DNA of 64,000 nucleotides from Azolla caroliniana (GCA_043228905.1 JBHGNT010000003.1:23870001-23934000), one strand, 5' to 3'; shown: positions 46,301 through 59,380, counted from the first letter of the stretch. Numbers and translations are program-made. Notes: a model not told the origin generated them from the sequence alone.

Positions 46301-48527
46301 TATATTGCTTTGATTTGAGCATAGATATTAAGAATATTTAACTAGACTTTACTTTCAAATCTTTGTACCATTTTGTGATCAGAGTGTGGAAAGAGGTGAT
46401 ATTGCCTGGGGATATTGCTATTGATGCCACATGTGGTAATGGAAATGATACCCTGGCTCTTGCGAAACTAGTATTTGCAGATGGTGGCCAAGGTCTCATC
46501 TATGCGTTTGACTTGCAACAAATTGCACTGAAGAATACTTCTGCCTTACTAGATCAAGAACTAAATGAGAATGATGTAAGCTTCACTTGTTTCCATTACT
46601 CGTCATCTTATGTCATATCAAGTTTATTCTGTAAGGTTTCTATCTTACCAATGGCCATTTATAAATAAAGGTGAGGTAAGCTGGTGTCAGGGTGAAAAGT
46701 AGGAGCTATTTATTACCAGATGGCTAATTTCAAGGATTTCAACGATGAATGCTTTTTAAACTTTTTCCGAATTTCACAAACAAATATGAAATTGCAAGTG
46801 ATATTTGCGAGAAATAACTGAAATTTGGGAATCTTTGAAATCTAAGTCCAATTTTCTTCCTCTTCTAGGATTTCATAACCTGTGAATTTACTGACCCTTA
46901 ATATTTAGTAATTCCATGAGCGTTCCTTACTTTTCACCCTGCCTGGCATTAACATGAATTTTAGGCAGTAGGTAGATGGAAACATTTTTTTTCATTTGGT
47001 TTTCTTGAAATAGTCAACAGATCTGTAGAAACCCAATCCCTGTTTGTTTTTGTGTAGTAAATGTTTTTCTGCATGTATTTCTCAGAGGAAACAAGTTCAC
47101 CTATTTCAGATGTGCCACAGCAAGTTGGGAGAGGTGGTGAATTCTAAAAATTCTGTAAGGTTAGAAAAAACCAATTCTATCGTATGATTCTATTATATTG
47201 TAAACTGAAATTGCTTTTCCAAGAATATATAAATTTGAGGGGATAATAAAAACACTGGCATGTTCAAGGGGATAACATAAGATTGAAGTAAGCTCTCAGG
47301 AGACTATAATGTTTAGGATTATATCAGCATGATTGCGTGTAGAATGCCCATTTTTCTATTTGCGTTTTGAGGACTTACTTTTCCCTTTTGTGATTTGCCT
47401 TCTATAATATATATTTCCTATCCTATGCAAAAGCTGATAAGATATCGAGATCTGATGGAAGCTCCAATGATACATAAACCAGAATTCTACAACTCTTGTC
47501 TGAGCAGCAATTTCTGAACTGGACTACATTATTCAAACAAGGATATAGTTGTATTACTTATCTGGAGTCTATTGTGAGTAACCTAATATTGTTGAGCTTA
47601 AACTATTTGTGTCCACATGATGTCATTATATAGCAAGCGAAAAAGAGTATCAAAGATGGAGCTTCCTTTTGAAAACAGGTGCTAAAATTGTAATTCAAAT
47701 GCAGAATCTAAGTTCATGATGTGTACGTGCAGTGCATTCTTGGTATTTAGGATGCCCCTCTGTTATTGTATTGAGTATAATCCAAATGTGGAATTTGTGC
47801 ATACTTATTATTGTATCCTATAAGGGGTTCTGGTCTGGATGCCTGACGTTAACTATTTTTTTGCTGATGTCAAATTTGATATGCTGCATTAAATAGTAAC
47901 ACTATTAAGTACACTTTACATATGTTAAATTACAACATAGATATGTTAAAATGAAGTTGTGGACGACCTTTTTTGTTGAATATTTTGATGTTGAAGCCAA
48001 ATTGATATGTTGCATTGCATATGAATACTATTGATTATACTTTAGATACTGTGCCTTGACTTTTGCTTGATTTCTCTTGCATGTGTTATATATGCTGAAT
48101 TTCAGTGTTATAGCTTTCAACCTTGGTTATCTACCAAAGGGTGACAAATCAGTGATTACAGAGATCAGATCCACTGTCCAGGCATTGGAATCTGCAATCT
48201 CCTTGGTGAGACCTAAAGGAGTAATCACTATTGTATCATATGTTGGTCATCAAGGAGGAAGGTAAGTTATATCCATTTTTATGTTTTGGGAAAATTTGAG
48301 AAAGATGGAAGGGTCTTTTGATTCATTTCTGTAATTTAAGCTAGAAAATGGTTTGCCAATAAAACTTTGTTTCCAACAGGGAAGAGTATGAAGCTGTGCG
48401 ATGTCTTGCATCAAATCTTCCAACCACACATTGGGTCTGCAGTCAACGAGAGTGGCTGAATCGACCATTATGCCCAAGATTGATTGTGTTATTCAAGAAG
48501 GGAGAGACAAGTGTGTCAAAAATATAG
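43304..48527 (+). CDS. mnmM: SAM-dependent methyltransferase of the YtqB/MnmM family (putative plastid tRNA mnm5s2U methyltransferase); ~8 exons
   Basis: Exons encode VWKEVILPGDIAIDATCGNGNDTLAL, IYAFDLQ, CHSKL and IAFNLGYLPKGDKSVIT...YVGHQGGREEYEAV. A Ser-rich transit-peptide-like exon 1 and small exons at 43546-43565, 45792-45828 and 46205-46250 keep frame. Confidence 0.85.
43680..43917. repeat. Intronic tandem duplication, 2 x 119 bp
   Basis: ATTTCTGAGTATTTATCAAACGGTAAAACC...AACAATGCACTTCTTTAG occurs twice with few mismatches. Confidence 0.92.
44967..45513. repeat. Dispersed pyrimidine-rich intronic repeat, copy 1 (homologous to 52415-52939)
   Basis: Collinear blocks TCATTCTTTGAGACT..TTTTCCTCTCTAAGCATC, CCTGTCTACATGCCT, TTCTCATGTCTTTATTTGTGA and TGAAGAATGCAGAATGAATG are shared with the VTE4 intron. 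Confidence 0.85.
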
Positions 48528-48893
48528 AACGAAGTCTTAAATATTGATCAACGGCCAGTCTTTTGAATTCAAAGATCTGGCCTTCTGAGAATACGCAATT
48601 GTAAATCAAAGCTCGACCTCAATACAATTTAAAATGGAACACATACATAGATAATCTTCAAGATGTATGTCTATACATAAGTTTGTCCTTCTGAAACCTC
48701 TCTTAAATGGTGGTAACATATCTTTCAATTTATTTGTAATGGGGATATGTCAAATGCTTTGGTATGTAAAAATGAATTCGAATTGAATTGAGTTGACAAA
48801 TTGCAGGAAATCGGTAGATTTTGCTCCTAATTCAGGAGCTGAGAAGTACGCAGGGCGGGCCTGCTGCTTGGCTATGACCTTGTTTCTTGATAG

Positions 48894-51800
48894 TTAATGT
48901 ACAATAATGGAATCTCCTTTGCGAGCTGTTATGATTGGAAACTTGATCAAACCTGAATTGTAGCCTTGTACCATGTAAGCCATAGCTATAGCACCTTTAA
49001 ATGTTGTCCACCCTAGTACAAAAAAGATTCATAAATAACCAAACACAAACATTCAAAACAAAAGGGAAACCGTGAAACAAATGTTCGCCAGAAAGGAAGA
49101 ACAATATAAGCCCATACAATAATGATAGCATTGGTCATTAAATTGGGGTTATCAATAGAAATTTTGGGGAACTAAAATAAAAAATAAGACATACTACATA
49201 TAGCTCGCTCTTTCCAATTAAATGGATCTGTTTTCCATTGCTGTACATATGGACAAGGTTCATTTGTTCTTATCATTATTACTTATACTCGTACCTGAAG
49301 TTGCAAGACCAAATAAACCCTTGATGCTCAAAGCAGAGATGATGACAGCTGGCCAGAATGGTGTAACATGTTGAGACCAATCTGCAGATTTTACATCCTA
49401 TGAAACAAAATCATAAGATAAGAATTCTTATGATAGCTAATGTGTGGGAACACTACCCATGAATTCTTCAATTGATAGTTACAAAAATGATAGCCTAATG
49501 CTGAAACTTTACCTCAAGTCCCATTGATTGAGCAATTTGGACATACTTGGAAGTAGCACACCACGCTGGAAGATAATACAATTTGCATAATTTGTCCAAA
49601 AGCTTCTGAATATTTTACAGGAAGATAGGATCATTAATTAACCCCACATTGGCAGGCATATTTTCCTAAACATTTTAGACCTACCCCTGAAATCCACATG
49701 CTTTGATGGACAATAATCAAGTGTTTTTACCTTCTCATCAGCTGTCAACTCTTTCTCATTTTGCAGAAGTTCTCGATGGCACCAAGTAACAATGATAATT
49801 CGTCCTCCTGGCTTCGTAACACGAACTAATTCTGCCAAGAACTAGGTCAGAAAAACATGTCAGTCATTAGAAAAAGTTATGACAATAGATTTCATACCTA
49901 AATATTAGTCTTCCCTGCACAACCTTGAATATTATGTCTCTCATATGCATAAATTTGCACTCATGCGCTTTAGCACCAACACTTTGAAATAAAATTAATG
50001 GAGGATAAAGACTCCCAAGGACAATTACAAATCTTGATCAAAGAGTGTTGTTCTTGGATACCAATAGCCTGAGTCCAAATTTGTATATATTAACCACAAT
50101 GGGAAATAAGAGAAAAAGTGGTACTTAAGATTTGCAGCAAAGTCATAATTTCTTACTAAGAGCTAGGTTTACATAGATGGGTATTTGTATAAGTAAGAAA
50201 CACTTCTAACAAAGTGTTGAAGATCAAAGAAAAAATGGTAGTTGTCATAAATGTCCTATTTGGCGCCTTTCAAATTTCAATCTGTCCACCTATCAATTTT
50301 AATTTTCTATTATTAGGCACAAGAGGCTCTACCCTCTGCTTTAGAAGCCCAATTAGCAATTATCCCTTAAGCATTCAAAGGTTTCTGCATCTGGGGGGGC
50401 TGGGGGCATTTGGAAATAAAGAAAAACTGAAGGGTAATTTGTGAAATCAGTACTAATACACCTAAAACTGGTCACTACATTTTCGTAAGACTCCTAATTC
50501 AATTGCAAACTCAGATTATTAGGTATTCGTAACAGTAATGTCTAGCAGAACATTTATATTTACCTTTTCCTTGTCGGGCATGTGTTCTCCGCTTTCCATA
50601 GACCAAACTAAATCAAACTCATCATCAGGAAAAGGCTGGTTCAATGCATCAGCTACTTGAAAACTAACCTGGATACAATTTCCAAAGCAACGGGAAAGAA
50701 AATGTTCCCCAATCAAACACGATAAACACATTAAAACTCTAGAGCATAAAATTTGATAGCCAACCTACATAGCTGAAATAAAAAACCTAGGTATCACAAA
50801 GAAATTTTGATCTAGAGATATGCTGTGGTCTTGATCACAAACAAGAGTCAAGCCTAATCAGTTCATAAGAAAGATTTAGAACCCCAAATTTGGAAACTGA
50901 GCTACATAGCTGAAATATCCACAACCAAAATACATGAGTTCCAACCTAGATATTACTAAAGTGCACAATGTGGCCCAGAACATCTAAGGGCATTATAGAC
51001 CTGTTATCGCCTCAAACTTCCATGGTCTGAAAGCTATATTTCATGTAAGAAGTCGACCACATAGAGAATCCTTTGTGAAAATAGTTAAAAAGAACATGAT
51101 CATAAAATAAAATTCAGAAAACGGCTCATAGGAAAGGTCTAAGACCAGAAATTTGGAAGCTAAGCTACTCATCTAGCATATCCACAACCAAAAGCATGAT
51201 TCTACACCGAGAAATAAGAATGAGCTACATGGTTCAAAATCAGAAACTCTAACCTAGATATCTCAAATAAAAAATGATTGGTGGAATAAATAAGAATAAA
51301 AAATAGCAGGACGTTCTAGAACCAGATATTTAGAAACTATCTAAGAGAGCTGAAATATCCATAGCCTGAAAACATGAACTCTAACATAGATAATATGATC
51401 TCATTATAAGATATGGTCTTCTCTAGAAGTCACACATTTTCAAGATACAAGTGTATTTAAGACGACATTATGTGTTATACCTTATCTGATAAACCTGCTG
51501 ACGCAGAAATCTCAGTTGCTCTCCGAGCCTGCTTTGGACTGAGAGTAATTCCTACTACCTCAGCTCCATACTTCCGTGCAAGGTATCTTGAGCTACCACC
51601 AATACCACATCCAACATCTACTATCTTCTTTGGCTTTCCTTCACCTTGATCTGCAAAAGAAACAGATTAAGTAAAAACAAATAAAGACATAACCAAAAGT
51701 TCCTGAGGCTTTTCCCCAACCTGATCTGCAAAAGAAACAGAGTGAGTAAACACAAATAAAGACATAACCACTAATTCCTGATGCTTTTCCCAACCTGATA

Positions 51801-54419
51801 TGCATATGGAATGGAATAAATTAACATAAAAAAAGATGGAAGTGTGCAGAAAGAAACACGAGAAAAGAACTTTCTTTTAAAACACAAAGTGACCGTAAAA
51901 GAATGCCAGAAACACAGAGATGAGGAATGCAGAGAGAAAAGCAGGAAAGAAGTCCATTGAAAGAAAATTTAAATACAAGAGAACCAAATATTAGAAAATT
52001 GAGGATGTCAGAAATGCACTTAAGATATGAGTACTGCATAGAGAACAATGAACACAAAAAAGATACATCATAAAGAAAGGCAAAAGTTTCAAGAAGAAAT
52101 GAACAAAGCAGAAAAAAATCATACCCTGCATACTTCTGTCTTTCTATTTGCATTCTTCATTTCTTCTGGCATACTTTTGTTTTCCTTTGTGGCTACTTTC
52201 CTTTTACTGTTCTCTCTGAATTCTTTACCTCTTAAGTCAAGTGAATAGGTTCTTCATCTCTTCAGCAAACTTCTGTCTTCTTTGTGGCTTCTTCATCTCT
52301 ACATTCTTTAAAAGATGACGAGAGTTTTCATCTCTTCTTCATACTTTCCCCTTTCTTTGTCACTTCATTTTTTTTACAATCCCCATAACTCTTTATGAAG
52401 TGAAGATATCTTTCTCATTCTTTGAGACTTATTTTCCTCTCTAAGCATCACTTTAGAACAGTGAGGTGATTTTCTTCATCTCTCAAGGTAATCATATCTT
52501 TCTTTGTCACTTCTTTCCTAGGCATTCCTGCCTGTCTTTGGAATAGTGATGAGATTATTCATCAGTTCTGCATGTTTGTCTCTTTGTAAATACTGTCTTT
52601 CTAGCTTCTTGAACTTTCCTGTCTACATGCCTCACCTCTTCACCTTTTCTGCATACTTCTCATGTCTTTATTTGTGATTTTTTCTATTCTTTTATCTTTC
52701 CTCTCTACAGTTCCCATCTCTTTAAAAAGGATGAAAAGATTTCCTTCATCTGTTTCTGGACACCCATATGTTCCTTTTTTACTCTTTTCTATACATTCTT
52801 TTCATATTCCTTGAGAACGGTGAAGATATAATTCATCTCTTCTGCATGTTAAGAATTTTCCTTCATCTGTTATCCAAACTAATGCACAATTATGTGCGTG
52901 CCATAGGAGATGAAGAATGCAGAATGAATGGCGAAGCATGCAGAGAAAAGGACATGAAGATATAAAGAATGACCCTCTTTCTTGTGGCTCCTTTCTGTAT
53001 TCTTCATATCTTGCACAAAATTCTATCTTTCTTCATTTCTCATCTTACTCTATTTCAAGGAATCCCATTTTTTTGTGAATTCTTTCTGTAGTCATCATCC
53101 TCTCTCAATGCTTCTATCTTTCTTTGTGAATTATTTATTTTTCCTTTTTCGTCCCTGACAAGACAGACGAATATTTCTTTCCATCTGCAAAATTCTGTCT
53201 TCAAGACTTTTTTTCCTTTATGATCCTCTCAAGGTACTTTCATCATCTCTCTCAAAAAATCTACACCTGAACCTAATACTAAACCTAAATTTGTAGAAAT
53301 GAAGAGAGGAAAGAGAAATTACCGGGGATGTAAGCCCAGAGCAAACTTCTCTTCTATCATGTGAGACTGTGCAAACTTAAGAAACATAAACCTATACGTA
53401 AACCTGAAGCTCTATCTCTCTTGGAGAATTCTTTTCTTTACTGTTCCGTACTCGTCATATCTCTTAAGAAGCATAAACCCGAGCCTAAATGTAAAGGTAA
53501 AGGTCAAATATTTCTCATGTCTCTTAAGAAAACCTTAAAAGTAAAGATAAAGCTAGAGCATTTCTCATCTGTTATTAGAATACGTAAACGTAAACCTAAA
53601 GGTAAATAAAATAGAAATGAAGACCTTATCAGGGCTGAAAACTCAACCCATTCTTTCTGCCTCTCTTCTATATCTGTTCTGAGTTCTCTTCTTTTATGTT
53701 TCATATTCTTCATATCTATTAATAAAACCTAAACCTAAACATAAATGGCAACGAGAAGAGATGAAGAATATATTATTACCAGGGATGGAGGCCCAGCGCA
53801 AGCTTTCTTCTATCATTCGAACCTGAGCAGCTCTGTGATCAACCGAAAGAGCAGAAAGTAGAGGTAGGCCAGGTTCATAGAATCCATGGTGCATGTGTTC
53901 TCCCCACATATCCTCCCACAAACGAGAAGAAGCATCGTAGAACTTTGCAATGCCTTCATTCAGTTCTTCGTTATTATTCATGGATGCGGATTCACTTATA
54001 TCTTGTGTGTTGGTCGATGCAGATCTGCAGATAATTGAAGGCGAATAAGAGGAAGAAAGAGAAAGTTTCCTGAGGTTTCCAACGTTGCATAAAGATGAGA
54101 GAACGTGCGAAAAGTCTGGTGAAAAAGACGATGAAGAAGAAAGGCTTCCGAGCTTTCTATGTCTGCATGAGGAGGAGAGAAAGTGAGAAAATACGATAGA
54201 GGAAGATGCTAATGATGGTGATGAAGAAGAAGAAGAGGAGGAGGAGGAGGAGGAGGAAGAAAAGGATCTGAGCTTTCCACTGTTGCTTGGGGAAGATAGA
54301 AGGTGAGGAAAACCTGCATCAGAAGGAGAATTAGAGAAGTTTTTCTTCGTCCTGATGCTGCAGTTGTTGTTTATAAGGATGAGGCTATGGTGGGGTGTGG
54401 AGGATGTGATGGATGCCAT
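48894..54419 (-). CDS. VTE4: Gamma-tocopherol methyltransferase, plastid-targeted, multi-exon
   Basis: A long Ser-rich transit peptide is followed by GIAKFYDASSRLWEDMWGEHMHHGFY, IVDVGCGIGGSSRYLA, ADALNQPFPDDEFDLVWSMESGEHMPDK, GGRIIIVTWCHR, YYLPAWC and WSQHVTPFWPAVI. It ends ...GLIKFPIITARKGDSIIVH*. Confidence 0.95.
50750..51420. repeat. Degenerate tandem repeat array in a VTE4 intron
   Basis: AGCTACATAGCTGAAATATCCACAACC...CATGA..TCTAACCTAGATAT and AGA.CCAGA.ATTTGGAA motifs recur. Confidence 0.65.
52415..52939. repeat. Dispersed pyrimidine-rich intronic repeat, copy 2 (homologous to 44967-45513)
   Basis: Same collinear blocks as copy 1, in the same + strand orientation. Confidence 0.85.
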
Positions 54420-56419
54420 CGCCTAATTGTCACTACCTGCACAGCCCCAACACTTCCTACAATTCAGGTCATATACATATTATATATGTATACAGTATAT
54501 GCATATTATGTGAAATGAAAACTTGAAACGAAAGACAGACAAAAAGACGACGACGAAGAAGAAGAAGCCACCACATATATTTTCAATTAACCTTTATTGT
54601 TTCCTTTTACACATTTCCGAGATGCTCTATGTATTCTTCTTTACTTATAAAACTATACTGATACATATATGATATATGTATGTATAGTTTTTACTCTTTC
54701 TAAGGCGCTCTTGGGGCACTTCGAGAGTGCATAGCTTAATCGATTCTTTGATTTAATTATTCGATGCATTGAAATCTGTTTACCAATTAAATTTCTTTGG
54801 TTCACATCGGCCTTCCGTTATAACATGGTACTTTAGGATTTTATGTTTTTACTATTGTAACGAATACGCTTGAGAAAATAGTTGATAAGACTTCATCATA
54901 TTACTGCCTACATTGCATTATGAAATGGAGTCAATTGCAACACTTCCTAGAAAAGTTGGATCACAATAGAAAAAGAAAGATGAACCACGATAGAAAAAGA
55001 AAGATGGATGCATCCATAGACCTTGCACTACCAATGCGTTAAGAATAAAATAAAAATAAGACTATATAATTGCACCTTGTTGCGTTATTGTGAAAGAAAA
55101 ATTAACTTGGGTATATCCTCTTCAATAATATGTACATGATGATACACATCTTTATGTTGTTTCTTCAATAATTTCATGAGAGCACAACATGAAGATGTTT
55201 AATTGTAATTTATTAAGAGTAAGAGAGTCATTAGACATAAGGTTTCTTGACAATAATTAAAGTTGAAGCACTAGGAGAATGACTAGGCCTAATGAACCCT
55301 TTCTTGGAAATCTACATTGCCTTTCTTTTATCCTATCTTGTTTGACATCATTGTATTATTATGAAGAAAAACTCTCATGGGTATATTGTGTTCAAGAGTA
55401 TGTACTTGATGATACCTACTTTTCAAATGAGAATGAATAGGCTTGATGGACCCTTTCTCGGGGCACTCAGAAAATTGCATTGCCTTTCCTTTCTCCTATC
55501 GTGCTCCTTTGATGCACAAGTACAAGCTCTATGCTATTCTCCACATTTTTTAGTGACAACAAACAATTAGACATCTCATATCTAAAATAAAACAACATTA
55601 TTTACTTACACATAATAAGATGGACAATCTTATGATACTTATCAACAAGTTTCTTAGAGAGACAAAAAAATAGTTGTCAAGTGAACTATTACACTCATAT
55701 GAATTGATTTGAAGTTAGCCACTTATTGGAAGACATGCTCCCATAGACCGCATATTTCAAGGGGTTCCAATTATTTATGGATTACTTCGGTTATTGCCTC
55801 CAGGTGGGTTGGTAATGAGGTTAAGGTTTGTTGGACATACCAACTCCACTCCTAGTGCTCTGGCTAGACACATTGGCTACCATCAATCTTTTCGGTTGGC
55901 GTTTCTCGAAGACATCGAGCCATTGGTTAACAACCAAGCCGATGGAAATCAATAAACCTCTAATCGATGTAACCATCAATGGGGGCATTTTTAGTTAAAA
56001 GATTCAAAACTAGGATATGGGGATGAGCGTGGTAACAAAGTTCTACTAGTCTCAATCATTACAAGAATTAGAATTTACCATAAAAACTATTAGAAACTAA
56101 GGAAAAAAGCTATGCGTGCTTATCGTGTAATGTTCATTACATCCAACAAACACAATTGAAGAATAAATAACTTGTCTATTTCTTTATTCCATATGTATCA
56201 TAGAATCATTTACGTCATGCATTCTAAATATTTCATTTAAACACGCATGAAGTTTATATTAATCACAAATGATATAGTATTTATCACAAATGTTATGGTA
56301 GTTTATTCAATAAAGCCTACGATATGCAATAAGCCATAAAAGACAAAACGTTATGTCATTCATTGGTTATTAGTAAGAAAATTTTCGAATAAAGGTAAAT
56401 GCCTATTTCTTAAGGATTA

Positions 56420-58230
56420 GACGATTTAGATGTTGCTATGTATGTGTTCCTAAAGTCATTGTATAAAGGTTGATGATTTGATGTTGTTATGTATGTGTTC
56501 CTAAACTCATTGTACAAAGCATAGATTGAGATATTCGCATTCGTGGGGCCTCCCCCACGAATACCAACGAATACGTATAAGAATATTTATTCCAATATTC
56601 GTTAACTTTTTTTTTCCCCTTTTTTTCCCTAATTTTTTTTTGAAAAAATGCATTCGACGAGTAGCGAATAGAGAAGAGCTCTGTAGGGAATAGCAATCAA
56701 CAATCCACAAGGAACAACATCAAACATCGGCTCCTCGTAGCAATGCAATGCAATGAAGGCCTTCGCTTTGTCTCATCGACCGCATACAAAGCGGCGATGG
56801 GCTGGCTTTCCGCGTTTCCGTAAAGAAAATCGAAAGAACTCTGATTGATTCTTATTTGTAGTTGGGATGCAGGGATAGAAATTTAGGGTTCGACTCCATT
56901 AAACATCGGTCATATATATTCTATATTCATATCATGTGAATGATGGCATGTAATGGCTTGAATCCTTCCTTGCTTTGTGTCGAGAGAATTTTATTTTGCA
57001 TTCTATGTAGAAAACTCATTCTTCTGTTGAAGAAATCCATGGATTGCTGACATGAAGAAGCTGTCTTATTTTTCCATTTTTGAAGAATCATTCTCACGTG
57101 CAGGTTAAATGGGTTGAAAACCTTCTTTGATCTGTGAAAGAGGAGTTATGCAGAAGCGAATTCTCTATTGGAGGAGAGTCCATGGCTTGTTGATGAAGAA
57201 GCTTTTGTTTTGAAGATTCATTGCAAAGTTAACGTATAATGGCTTGTTGAAGAAGAGTTTTTTGTAGAACAATTATTGTCAAGTACAGGTATAATGGCGT
57301 GATTCCTTTTTTGATCTGTGAAAGAGGAGTTATGCATTCTATGTAGGGGCTCATTTTTTTGTTAAGGAAGCCATAGATTTTCGATGAAGAAACCTTTGCG
57401 TTTAGAAGAATCAAAGTGATATTAATGCCTCTGATCTTTATTTAATATGCTATACATTTTATGCAGATATTCGTTTTCTGCTGAAGAATCCCTGCACTGT
57501 TGATTGAGAAGCCCTTTTGGGGAAGAAGGATTAGTTCGGATTCTCCTTTAATCTGTTGATGAACTTACAAGAATGTGTTATTAAACGATTCAGGTTCTGT
57601 TGACAAATCCATGACCCCCTGAAGAAGAAACTTTTGAAGAGTATTTCACATCTAGAGGTGTATAATGACTTCAATCCATGGCTCAATAAAGAAGCTCTAG
57701 ATCACAAATTTTCATTGAGCCATGGAAAATGAAGAAGCTTCTACACTTCCATGGCTCAATCAAGAAGCTCTTCGCAATCATTCACATTTTTAAGAGTTAT
57801 AATTCCGCTTTGATCTGTGAAATCATCTAAAATCATCCATTCAGATGCATCAAAAGGGCATCAAAAGGGCTCATAATCGCTTTAATTAAAACTTTTCTTT
57901 CTTATGTTAGTGTGTTAGTGTGATTTTGAAGACCTTCCATTTTTCTATTAATTGGTGATTTTTCCTTTTTTTTTTAAGTGAATTGAATAATTTTTATTAT
58001 GTAAATTTATTTTCCATAAACGAATGGTTTTATAATATTCTTGGGGCAATTTTATATTCTCGAATACTACGAATATTGCGGATGTCGAATACCACGCATA
58101 TCACACATGGTTCAATCTATGGTACAAAGGTACATGATAAAAATGTTGCTATGCATGTGTTCCTAGAATCATTGTATAGAGGTAGATGATTTAGATGTTG
58201 TTATGCATGTGTTCCTAAACTCATTGTACA
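56420..58230. repeat. ~48-bp tandem repeat array split by the hAT insertion
   Basis: Units of GATTTAGATGTTG(C/T)TATG(T/C)ATGTGTTCCTAAA.TCATTGTA at ~56422, 56475, 58143 and 58188, with a related copy at ~62344. Confidence 0.8.
56520..58121. mobile_element. Non-autonomous hAT-superfamily DNA transposon (~1.6 kb)
   Basis: 10-bp perfect TIRs CATAGATTGA (56520) and TCAATCTATG (ending 58121). 8-bp TSD GTACAAAG at 56512-56519 and 58122-58129. Subterminal TATTCG/CGAATA motifs cluster at both ends. No transposase ORF. Confidence 0.88.
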
Positions 58231-58499
58231 TTGAAAAACAATTTAAGAGGAGCTTATGTGTTCTATGGATTTGGTCATGCCATATAAGTGGCTGGCTCAA
58301 TAATAATATAATGTTTGTATTTATGTTTTGATGTTACTTCATAATCAAAAGTTACGAGTCCTATTGAATCCTAAGCTTCCCTAGGACTATATCCATAGAA
58401 TTTTGGTATTTAGACTTAGAAGATACATAGAAGCTGATTTTGGAGCCAAATGTAAAATTTAGGATAAAATTTAGTCTCGTAACAAATCTATCAACAATA

Positions 58500-59380
58500 T
58501 TTTTTTGTTTTTTTTTCCAAAAAAAATCTCCTTCCATTTTATATTAGTTATAAAATTTTACAGATGAGAGTGTTATGTACAAATCCCTGTAGGGACGTGA
58601 TAGTTCCATCTTATGTGGATGCCCACTGACTCAAGAAAAGGAGAGGAGTCAGGACGACCATTATTGGATAAAGGCTACTCGTTGACTTTCAACTCCATCG
58701 GAGCTGCCCTTGAGGCCATTGCATTGGCTTTTTAGAGTGGCTACAACTTCACTCCATATCTCTTGCATTAACATTACTGGATGTGCGGTTTGGTTGGGGA
58801 AGACCTGTCTACATCGTTGTTTCCATAGAGTCCAAAGAGTTATTGGGTTGACCAATTCCAACACAACTTGAGTTTTGGCATAAATAGGAGTTGAGGGAAT
58901 ATTGCCGACGGTGGAAAAAAAACCTCTTGTGCTTTTATCACCAATTTCATCCCCTCCTCCTAATGCTCATACTTGTCAACTAGGGTTTGCCATTGGTAAC
59001 TAACATACATTTCCCCACATCACTGTGCTTTGCACCTACCATAATTGCAATAGGCAGCCAATCCCCCGCCATATTCAATAGGTTTCTAGACAGTCCCACA
59101 AAGCGTGTCAAATTGTTTCTGTTGCATTTGGGCATGCTACACAATTAAGAGAGCTAAGGGTCCCATGTTGCCACGCTCCAACCGGTAGTGACTTATGTAT
59201 TAATTAATAGCCATTGGATTGTGGTAATTCGCCTCATGTGTTGTTGTTTCCAGATTCTCTACCAAAACTTGGTGATAATTGTGTGAGGAACATGATATGT
59301 GTGCCAGACCTTTGCAGCAGCTGGCTCTCAGACGGTTTGAGCGGCTAGAATGTGGCAACCCAATCTAGTTGTGAATTGGA
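58500..59380 (-). mobile_element. 5'-truncated, degenerate LINE (L1-like) 3' fragment
   Basis: The minus strand encodes a zf-RVT-like ACPNATETI*HA.WDC and ITLWTLWKQRCRQVF, with stops and frameshifts. A poly(A)-like tail appears as the T-run at 58500-58516. Confidence 0.75.

Noticed and set aside
56700-56830. Possible ncRNA gene in a GC-rich hairpin patch
   Set aside because: No recognisable tRNA, snRNA or snoRNA motifs; it lies inside the hAT element
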